Positions 25,085-34,734 of a stretch of 64,000 nucleotides of DNA are shown one piece after another (position 1 is the first letter of the stretch; each line of letters starts with the position of its first letter). This DNA is from Antechinus flavipes (taxonomy: Eukaryota). A model generated the notes under the pieces. It ran no database searches and was not told where the DNA came from. It saw nothing but the letters and a program-made list of their open reading frames with translations. The translations under genes and the position numbers were made by a program. Where the stretch lies: NCBI RefSeq assembly GCF_016432865.1, contig NC_067403.1, positions 245,830,001 to 245,894,000 of the forward strand, in the 5' to 3' direction.

Positions 25085-25549
25085 GAATTCTCTCTATTGA
25101 GAGGAATGAGATCCCATGGGAGGACTTTATTCCTCACTGGGAGATGGGTTCTTATGACAAAAGTGTATTAATTAAAGAGACCTCTCTAAAGAGTAGCCTA
25201 ACTTTCCAATAGTTCAGATGCAGATTTTCATTTTTTTTTCAGTCCTTCTTAGAATACACTATTAAACACTGACATTCTGATACACCAAAGGATAAAAAGT
25301 AATAACTTTCACAGGAGGGGAAGGAGTCAAGAAAAGGAGGAAATGATCAAGGAGGGATGTTCTTGGAGAATATTTTCCATAATTCTGAGGTTTTAATCAG
25401 AATAAGAACACATTCCCTCCTCAAACACAAAAGGATATGACCAAATACTTTTCCAATTGTAGGGATTCATTTAGACAAAATTGAAAGGTTGAAGTAACCA
25501 TTAAACAATACTTTCAGGTGTCTTATCCAAGAACAATAAATAATTTTTA

Positions 25550-25785
25550 TTGTTATTCAATTGTGTAAGACTCTTTGTGACCCTGTAGATCATAGCATAC
25601 CAATAATGTTCAAGAGATTTTCTTGGCAAAGCTATTGGAGTGCCATTTTATCCTCCAGGGGATTAAGGCAAACAGAATAAGTGACTTGCCAGAATAACAC
25701 ACTGAATGTCTGAGGGTGCATTTGAACTCAGTTCTTCCTGATTCCAGGCCCAGCATTCTATCCATGGAGCACCCAGCTGTTTCCC
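25550..25785 (-). mobile_element. MAR1-type CORE-SINE (paralogs at about 41125-41419, 50420-50640, 58330-58540)
   Basis: BovB/RTE-like tail (gactctttgtgaccc...ttttcttggcaaag...ggagtg), CORE domain and tRNA-like head (tttgaactcag...cagctg). Confidence 0.75.
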
Positions 25786-26944
25786 ACTAAATGGTTGTTA
25801 TGACGATATATGAAACCATATGTAATTTGTAGCATTTTATTTCTTCTGCAATAGAAATGAGAGACTTTCAGCTATTAGGCCTCCTGAAGGTTGGGTTTTT
25901 AATCCATCAAGAAAGTGCCTATTTCTCCCCACTTTATACAAACTAATTCTTTTTTCTTTCTTTTTTTTTTAAGCGTCATAAAGGCTTAATAGTAGTATCA
26001 CTGCATCAAAGATTATGCAGTGTTTAAGAACTTTTTGGTTGTAATCCCAAACAATTTTAAAAAGTGGTTTTATTCACAACTCTGTTAAAGCTCTGGAGTT
26101 TTGGAATATTGCTTCAAGGTTATAATTTTTTCACACAGTTACAAATTGCTTCTGTGGTTTGTTTCCTAACCCACTTATTATTGTTGCATTTAAATCCATA
26201 TTTTGATTTTTTTATTTGTTAATTACTATTTGTTTTGGGGATAGGGATTCTATATATTGTACTTTTTTTGGCTTAAAACATGTATTTGTATGATATATTC
26301 ATTGAAAATGTAGAAGGCAATGAGATAGAATACCATGTGTATATGCTGTCAGATATAGTGGAATTGTTGATTGTTTCTGCTGAACTGTTTTTTTCTCATT
26401 CTCAAGTAGAGCAAAGGAGTTAGATAATCTGTGTAGAAAAATGAGAAAGGGAGGATTGATGAAAAAAATAAACAATAAAGGTAAAACATCATTGAAAAAG
26501 AATGATACATGGTATTGTGTTGTTGGATTAGATGAAGCTATAGCTCTTTTTAGAGTGATTTTCAAACATCTTTTATGTGGTGGCAAATTGAGAGAAGAGT
26601 TAAACAGGATTATTTCCAAAGCATTTTCCAAGTCTAATATTCTATGTAACACTTATTTTACTTTTTTTCATTAAAATTCACCAGCTTTAAGTGATTAAGA
26701 TAAGAAAACTCTTAGTTAAATCACTTTCTTAATTGAATTAAAAGAAGTGCTTAATCATTACTGTTTAAAGCCTTCTTCAGAGCATCCTTTACTTCCTTAA
26801 TCATCAAACTGTAGATCAAGGATTTAACATGTGAATGATCATGGTATAAAACACTAAAACCATCTTATCTATATCAAAGGAATGTTTTGAGTTGGGCAGT
26901 AAATACATAAATATTAAAGGCCCATAAAAAATGATGACAGCCAC

Positions 26945-28116
26945 TGTTGGAATCTTTACAAACTGCTAACTCATTAGAGTTGATGTTTTGGGCTGGAACC
27001 TGAAACAAGGTACTAAGTAAAACTAATTGATACAATGCTTGTGTTCACACCTTTACTCATTGGAATTCACAAGTATGGGAGATTCACAAAGTAAACTTTG
27101 TAACTTTGTGAATTCACACTTCCCTTGAAGCTCTTGGGGCCAGAGAATATTCTGGGAAGAAACCCACAATCCCTCTCTCTCATATCCCACAATTCCTCTC
27201 TCTCGTATAAAAGAAACAGACAGAGGCTCTTGGACAGATTTCAGCAGAATTACATGAAGAGTGGAGCTGGATTGGAGGCTGAAGAAATCAGAGGCAGAAG
27301 CAAAGGATAAAACTGCAAGAGCTCTGGGAACCAAGCAGAGAGATAGCCCTCAACTAACCAGGCTACTTTTTTTTTTTTCTTTCTAATTTTTTTTTTAATT
27401 TTTATTTAATAATTACTTTATATTGACACTCGTCTCTGTTCCGATTTTTTTTTCCCCTCCCTCCCTCCACCCCCTCCCCCAGATGGCAAGCAGTCCTTTA
27501 TATGTTGGATATGTTGCAGTATATCCTAGATACAATATATGTTTGCAGAACCGAACAGTTCTCTTGTTGCATAGGGAGAATTGGATTCAGAAGGTATAAA
27601 TAACCCGGGAAGAAAAACAAAAATGCAGATAGTTCACATTTGTTTCCCAGTGTTCTTTCTTTGGGTGTAGCTGCTTTTGTCCGTCGTTTATCAATTGAAA
27701 CTCAGCTCTCTTTATCAAAGAAATCCACTTCCATCAAAATATGTCCTCATACAGTAGCGTTGTCGAAGTGTATAATGATCTCCTGGTTCTGCTCATTTCA
27801 CTTAGCATCAGTTCATGTAAGTCTCGCCAGTCCTCTCTGCATTCATCCTGCGGTCATTTCTTACAGAACAATAATATTCCATAACATTCATATACCACAA
27901 TTTACCCAGCCATTCTCCAATTGATGGGCATCCAGGCTACTTTTGAAGGAGAAAATAAACGTTTGTATTTTTACCAGCTGGCTGCATTTGGGGTAATTAT
28001 TGATCTGAACTGATACTAAGGCTGCCTCCAAGAAAACCTCCCCGGAGAAACCTGCTCTCGCCCAGAGAGAACCTTTATCTTATTATATTATTTTAAAGAA
28101 GAAAAAGAACACCACA
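26945..28116 (+). mobile_element. Solo LTR (598 bp once the L1 is removed) inserted in the OR-B CDS; 6-bp TSD suggests class II/betaretrovirus-like
   Basis: TGTTGG...CCACA ends; TSD AGCCAC at 26939-26944 and 28117-28122; TATAAAA 27206-27212; AATAAA 27954-27959. Confidence 0.93.
27371..27931 (-). mobile_element. Young 5'-truncated L1 nested in the LTR
   Basis: Poly(T) on the plus strand, L1 3' UTR and ORF2 end (CPSIGEWLGKLWYMNVMEYYCSVRND); 13-bp TSD CCAGGCTACTTTT at 27358-27370 and 27932-27944; target TTTT/GA; CpGs retained. Confidence 0.95.
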
Positions 28117-29957
28117 AGCCACCCTGTGTGAGCCATCGGTAAAGAAAGCTTTGCTCCTGCCTTCAGCTGATTTCATCTTTAGAATTGCAGAGATAATAAA
28201 TACATAGGAAACAAAGACAAAGAAAAGGGCACCTGGATGATTCCAGCAGACAAAAATCCACATTTGTTTAAAATTGGTACCAGAGCAGGATAGTCTCAAG
28301 AGAAGCATCTTATCACAGTAGAAATGGTTGATAATGTTAGAACCACAGTAGGAGAGGCAGAATGTCAGGATAACATGGAAGATTGACACCACCAAACAGC
28401 AAATGTAGGATATAAGTAAAAGCTGAATACAGATTTTAGCAGACATTAAAACGATATAAAGTAAAAGGTTGCAAATGGCCACATAGGGATCTTAGGCCAT
28501 GGAAGCTAGCAACAAGCATTCTGCATTCATGAAGTTAATAAAACACCCTAATTGAGTAGCACATGCATAGAAAGAGATTATATTTTTCTCATATAAGAAA
28601 TTCCCCAACATCTTAGGTGTGATTGAAGAAGAATAACAGAAATCTACAAATGCCAGGTGACTTAGGAAGAAATACATTGGAGTTTTCAGTCGTGAGTCTA
28701 TTCTGATGATTGTGATGAGACCCAAATTGCCCACTATTGTGAACATATAGATAGATAAGAATAGTATGAAGAGAGGAATCTTCAGCTCTTGCTTGTCAGT
28801 GATGCCCAAGAGAATGAATTCAGTCACCTGGGTAAAATTAATCTCAGCCATTTATTCCATCTGCCATCTTGGCCAACATAAAAACAAAAATGAAAGTTCA
28901 ATTAGTTCTTGGATTTTCCTCCCCTCTAAAGCATATTTTTCATTGTTGTCATTATCAAAGTGAACAATAATGGGTAGTCCAAATAAAAATAAACAACCAG
29001 CTGTGTTTACCAAATGTAAGATTGATAATGATATTGTGAAGTAGGTTTTGCAAATATTACTATGCCTATTTTATTCTTTGACACACAATTTGATATCCAA
29101 AAGAATGCCATTGACAAATGTCAGGACTTGAAGTAGAAATTTTTCTCTTCTTCAAAGTAAATATTTTCCCATTGTTCCATATTCGCTTACTCTCAAAAAA
29201 AATCATCTCTATTTTTGGTTATACAGGTTGTTTGTAACTTCATTCTTGTTTATACATTCAGATTCCATAAAGGTTTCTTTATCACTTACTTTGTGAGAGG
29301 CAGCATGGTTTGTGGATTAAATGTTAATCTCTGAGTCAAAAGACTTGCATTCAAATCCTGCTTCATTCATAAACTGACTCTATCACTGGGTACACTTTAC
29401 CAGATATAGTTTAAAATATTTGTTGATCTGCATTATTGGGCAACATGTGTGTTTGTGTTGTGCGTGTGTGTGTGTGTGTGTGTGACTTCATAAATAATAT
29501 AAAGGTCTTAAGAATTTGGGAATTTATTGTATGACATGGGAGATCTTGCACATGAGCAAATCAGAATAAAAGTACCTCAGAAGAAACATGTGATGAGCAG
29601 AGTTATAGGGTTAGAGAAACCACCCAAATGTTCATGGGGCCTATTTGTATCTGACCTGTGGCAGAGCATTCTAAGCTCCTATTGGTCTGATCAGCCACAG
29701 ACAAACACACTATAACTCAGCTCTAACAGAGGGGTGTCATTCTGGTCCTCTTTAACATGAAGAACAATACTCAACTAATAAATATATGCATACATACATG
29801 AAGTATTGAGAATACAAAAACAAAATTAAAAATAATTCTTGATCCTGAGGAATTTACATTCTATGTTAAAGAATTAAACACACTTAGAAATATGTTCTAC
29901 TTCCCAAACTCCAACTTGAAGATGGAGTACTTTGGGAGTGATCAGAACTATTTCTTT

Positions 29958-30015
29958 TTCTGTTCCGATTTTTCCCCTCCCTCCAGCAAAGAGAAAAAAA
30001 AAAAAAAAGAAAGAA
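29958..30015. mobile_element. 58-bp L1 micro-insertion with 5' inversion
   Basis: 14-bp TSD AGAACTATTTCTTT at 29944-29957 and 30016-30029. The inverted piece matches the L1 3' end at 27434-27464. A-tail 29994-30015. Empty sites in C, D and E. Confidence 0.85.
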
Positions 30016-30977
30016 AGAACTATTTCTTTGAAAGTACTCTGCGAGTCCCCACTGCTAAAAACTTATATTTTTTGCCCCCAGTAGTAGTGTTTCCTCTGAC
30101 TCTATAATTGGGGAGAGAAGACAGTTTAAAACCAGATGACTTACTGATACCAGAGTATAAAAGGTGATGATGTGGTCTATAGTGAAAAGAATGATGGAGC
30201 ACTCTGTTCAAATCCTAATTGTAATTTCATACTAGGTGACCCCTGAGGTCCTTTTAGTCACTAATCTGATTTACAGAAATAAATAAAGAACAGGATTTCT
30301 TTTTGTGACCCAGGGAACCACAGTGTGAGCACACTATGCCCTTAGTATCTCTCAAAATTGTTCCAAATTCATGTTTATTGTTTCCATGATACTGTCCATC
30401 CATCTCATTCTCTGCCTTCCCCCTTTTTTTTTCCTTTTCAATCTTACTCTCAAGTAATGTTAAACCCTAATAGCTTAAAACAACTATTAAGACTTGGCAC
30501 TCCCTGTAAATATGAAGAAAAGTAGAAAATAGCTAGGACATTATGAGTAGAAATGCTATCCAGTCGATCCTTTAAGGGAAACTAAGGTGAGACTAAAAGT
30601 AGGGATGAGATGGCTAAATCAGAGTACTAACAAATCTGTTGTTGTGGCTCAAACATAAAATGTGTACAAGTAAATAATGTGACATAAGTGTGGACAAAGC
30701 TGACACTAGAACAATAAAGTCTTGACTATCAAAATCAGAAATGTATCTTTGAGGCATTAGGAAGTCACAACAAACCACAGATTAAAAGAACAAATTCATA
30801 AAATAATTTTGTCAGTTGCTTGAAGGATGCATTGGACAGAAAAAGTTAAAAATTCATTTAAAACACCTGGAATCCAATTAAGAGTCTATGGATTTAGTCC
30901 AAGCAACAGGCAAAAGGCATACCTATTAAGTATATATTTGAACTTTTCTCATTTTAATTTTTCCCTAGTATTATCAG

Positions 30978-31394
30978 TGTGTGGGACAGATTGGGTGCAA
31001 GAACCCCTTCCCAAGTAACTAATCAGAGACATCATCAGGTACAAAGAGAAAGTATTTATTTAATCCCTGCAGGAAGAGGCCCAGACACACCTGGGAGCTA
31101 TCTCAACTCCTACATGTACTTCTAAAGAACGTGGCCAGCTTCTGGCTTGTTTGGGATTTAAAAGCCAAAGACCTGAGCCTTCTCATTGGATAGACTAAAA
31201 GGAAGTAGCCAACCTAGACCAATGGTCGCCAATGTTGGCTGCATCCCACAGGTCAAGTCACTTCCTGAAACTTCCTATATCTCAGGGTTCAAAATTCATC
31301 CCTTTAGTGATCAAATGACCTCCTCAGGCCCCAGCTCTGGGAGCAGGGATCATGTGACAGTACTGAGAAATACTTCATCCATCAATCCTATTCA
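30978..31394 (-). mobile_element. Solo LTR, 417 bp, 4-bp TSD (class I/ERV1-like)
   Basis: TG...CA ends; TSD TCAG at 30974-30977 and 31395-31398; minus-strand AATAAA (31055-31060) and CCAAT (31185-31189). Empty site in spacer C near 36291-36306. Confidence 0.9.
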
Positions 31395-32603
31395 TCAGTA
31401 AATAAGCATTTGGTAAGTTCCTATACTTGTAAAGGATTTTTTTTTTTTTTTTTTGGTTTATTTCTATGATACATTCACAATCAAGAACAGAATTGACTTT
31501 CAGAAGCCCTATGATAAGGAAAGAGGAAATCATTCACATAAATAATAGTATTATATCCCAGCATAATCATAGTAAATATAACATATTATTTAGGAGATCA
31601 TATAGCAATTGAAATTAGGCTACTGAATTTGACCATGGCATTTCCCTTAAAACTATGGCCATTTCAGTGGGCCAAAAGAAAAAAAAAAAATGTTGGTTGT
31701 TCATTATGTAAATCAAACAATAGTGTGGCAATATCTTTTTCTACATTTCAACCAAATATTTTAGTATTCTGTAGATATAATCGAAACTCACAGGACCCCA
31801 TGTTTTGGGTGTATTAATATAATGAATCTCAAGTACTTTAATTTTTGTATTTCTTTTGTGGAGGTATTACCAATGATAATTAGTTGATGAAATAGAGGAA
31901 AAATAAGAACAGTTATAAAAACATCAAGTCATTTAGCTTGAATGAAGGATATTGGTTTAGAAATTGTGATATCTTTTGCTTATGGGGTGGAATTTATTAA
32001 AAATTATATCTGAAAATGAGAATTGGGATTTCTTATAATTTACCATCTTACATAATAATCTCATGATCATTATGCTAACTGTAAAAATTCAAGAAAATCC
32101 CATTGACATTTGTGAACATCTACCATCAAAATAGTGATTAGATGTAGATGTCACCACATTCCTCATACTAAGGAAATTTCAATCTAGAGCCTAAGAAAAA
32201 TCCTATAGCCATTATGTGTCTGTTTTATAAGATTACCATCACCTATTCCCCATTCTCACTATTCTTAGGATCCATTCCACCTTAAGCTTATCCCAGTTCA
32301 TTTACTTTCAAGATCATTCACTCCTCACTAAGTTAGACTAGGGAAAAAAATAACAATAACCCATATAATGTTGGTAACTCATTAACAGCAGCATGGGGAT
32401 ATCTAGGAGAGCACTGCAGAATATTGCAGGACTTCAGATCTCTATTACCTCTACTTACCAAAAAAATGATGAAAATTTGTTCCTAAAAACAAACATTTAT
32501 AAGATATTCAAGCAGGTATCTATCTATCCTCTTCTTTCTTCTTGGTTTTTGTTTCAGTAATTATGATTCGTATCCTTCCCATTATTTATGAATTAATTAT
32601 TAG

Positions 32604-32759
32604 CGGGGCAGCTAGGAGGTGCAACGGATAGAGCACCAGTCCTGAAGTCAGGAAGACCCGAGTTCAAATTTGGCCTCAGATACTTAACACTTCCTAGTTA
32701 TGAGACTCTGGGAAAGTCACTTAATCCCAATTGCCTTAAGGGAAAAAAAAAAAAAAAAA
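32604..32759 (+). mobile_element. Young tRNA-derived CORE-SINE (WSINE1-like)
   Basis: ggggcagctagg head, Pol III A and B boxes (GTTCAAAT), poly(A); 14-bp TSD GAATTAATTATTAG at 32590-32603 and 32760-32773. Empty paralogous sites in C, D and E. Confidence 0.92.
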
Positions 32760-33159
32760 GAATTAATTATTAGGTTAACAGCTTAGTTGCTTCCTCATTC
32801 TTCCAAGGTCACAACTTCCCTCAATAAAACTAATAACATGACCAGATCTTTTGCTGACCAATCTGCTTATATACCAATAAGATTATATGAATATCAATAA
32901 AGAAAGACACAGGGTATTGTGTTGTAGGATTAGAAGAGATTGTGGTTCTTTTGAGAGTGATTTTCAAGCATCTTTTTTTGTGATGGCAAATGCAGAAAAG
33001 AGTTAAGTTAAATGATTTCCAAAGTCTTTTCTAATTCTAATGTTCTATGTACCATTTAGTTTACTTCTTTTCATTAAAATTGACCAGAGTTTAAGTGACT
33101 AAGATAACAAGAAAACTCTTAGTTTTAAAATCCTTTCTTAATTGAATGAAAAGAAGTGC

Positions 33160-34089
33160 TTAATTACTATTACTTAAGGCCTTCTTCAGAGCATCCTTTA
33201 CTTCCTTATTTCTCAAACTGTAGATCAGGGGATTTAACATGGGAATGATCACTGAATAAAAGACAGAGACCATCTTATCTGTATCAAGGGAATGTTTTGA
33301 GCTAGGCTGTAAGTACATAAATATTAAGGTCCCATAAAAAAGGGTGACAGCCACCATGTGTGAGCCACAAGTAAAGAAAGCTTTGCGCCTGCCTTCAGCA
33401 GATTTCATCTTTAGAATTGCAGAGACAATAAATACATAGGAGACAAAGACAATAAAAAGGGCAGCAGCACCAAGGATTCCAGCACAGATAAAAATCCACA
33501 TTTGTTTGAAACTGGTATCAGAGCAGGACAGCTTCATGAGAGGCATGTCATCACAGTAGAAATGGTTGATCACGTTAGAACCACAGTAGGACAGGCGGAA
33601 TGTCAGGATAACATGGTATGTTGCCACCATCAAACTGCAGATGTAGGGTATGACTACAAGCTGAATACAGATTTTAGGAGGCATCAAAACCATATAAAGC
33701 AAAGGGTTACAAATAGCCACATAGCGATCATAGGCCATGGAAGCTAGCAAGAGGCATTCTACATCATTGAAATGAATAAAGCACCCTAGTTGAGTAGCAC
33801 ATGCATAGAAAGAGATTATATTTTTCTCATATAAGAAATTGCCCAACATCTTAGGTGTGATTGAAGAAGAATAACAGAAATCTACAAATGCCAGGTGACT
33901 TAGGAAGAAATACATTGGAGTTTTTAGTCGTGAGTCTATTCTGATGATCGTGATGAGACCCAAATTGCCCACCACTGTGACCATATAGATAGATAGGAAT
34001 ATTATGAAGAGAGGAATCTTCAACTCTTGCTTGTCAGTGATGCCCAAGAGAATGAATTCAGTCACCTGGGTAAAATTAATCTCAGCCAT
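33160..34089 (-). CDS. OR8U1-like: Olfactory receptor, OR8U subfamily (OR-C), intact, 309 aa
   Basis: Full ORF with OR motifs; KAFSTC reads KAFFTC. Confidence 0.96.
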   Translation of the reverse strand: MAEINFTQVTEFILLGITDKQELKIPLFIIFLSIYMVTVVGNLGLITIIRIDSRLKTPMYFFLSHLAFVDFCYSSSITPKMLGNFLYEKNIISFYACATQLGCFIHFNDVECLLLASMAYDRYVAICNPLLYMVLMPPKICIQLVVIPYICSLMVATYHVILTFRLSYCGSNVINHFYCDDMPLMKLSCSDTSFKQMWIFICAGILGAAALFIVFVSYVFIVSAILKMKSAEGRRKAFFTCGSHMVAVTLFYGTLIFMYLQPSSKHSLDTDKMVSVFYSVIIPMLNPLIYSLRNKEVKDALKKALSNSN

Positions 34090-34698
34090 TTATTCCATCT
34101 GACATCTTGGCCAAGATAAAAATAAAAAATGAAAGTTTAGTTAGTTCTTGGATTTTTCCTTCCCTCTTAATCACATTTTTCATTATTGTCATTATTAAAG
34201 TGAATGATGATGGATAATCCACAATAAAAATAAACAAAACTAACTCTGATTACCAAATGCTGGATTGATAATGATATTGTGAAATAGGTTTTACAAATAT
34301 TAGTATTCTAATTTTATTCTTTGTCACACGATTTGATATCCAAAATAATGCCATTGACAAATGTCAGAACTTGAGGTGGAATTTTTTTCTTTTCTTCAAA
34401 GTAAATATTTGTTCCATTATACTATATTTCCTTACTCTCAAAAAAATAATCTCTATTTTTGATAGTGCAGGTTGTTTGCAACTGTCATTCTTGTCTATAC
34501 ATTCAGATTCCATAAACATTTCTTTGTCACTCTGTAAGAGGCAGCATAGTTTGGTAGATTGAATATTAATCTCTGAGTCAAAAGACTTGCATTGGAATTC
34601 TGCTTCATTCATAGACTGCTCTGTTCCTGGGTATATTTCATCAGATCTAGTTCAAAGTAGCTGTTGATCTGCATTATTTGGCCGCATGTGTGTTTATG

Positions 34699-34734
<36 letters not shown>

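Larger units (their letters stand above)
26751..28851 (-). pseudogene. OR8U-like pseudogene (OR-B) interrupted by an LTR and a nested L1
   Basis: Codons 1-119 are intact. MAYDRY then reads ATG GCC TAA GAT CCC (nonsense at 28492-28494). TM5 has offsetting small deletions (net -6 nt vs OR-C). An insertion occupies 26945-28116 in TM6. The 3' remnant [15 protein letters not shown]...[15 protein letters not shown] lies at 26751-26944 with a 1-bp deletion at NPL. Confidence 0.95.

Noticed and set aside
25112-25121. Perfect EBF-type palindrome TCCCATGGGA
   Set aside because: Absent at the paralogous sites in C, D and E; probably chance.
28492-28851. Functional truncated 119-aa three-TM receptor
   Set aside because: Synonymous sites are as homogenised as non-synonymous ones, and the unit lacks the promoter candidate; gene conversion explains it better.
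32605-32680. tRNA-like sequence with A and B boxes
   Set aside because: SINE head followed by CORE, poly(A) and TSD; not a tRNA gene.
33502-33747. Plus-strand ORFs opposite the ORs (also 51460-51651 and 59790-60035) that look conserved with each other
   Set aside because: Antisense shadows of the OR CDS; their similarity follows from OR paralogy, and start and stop positions are not conserved.
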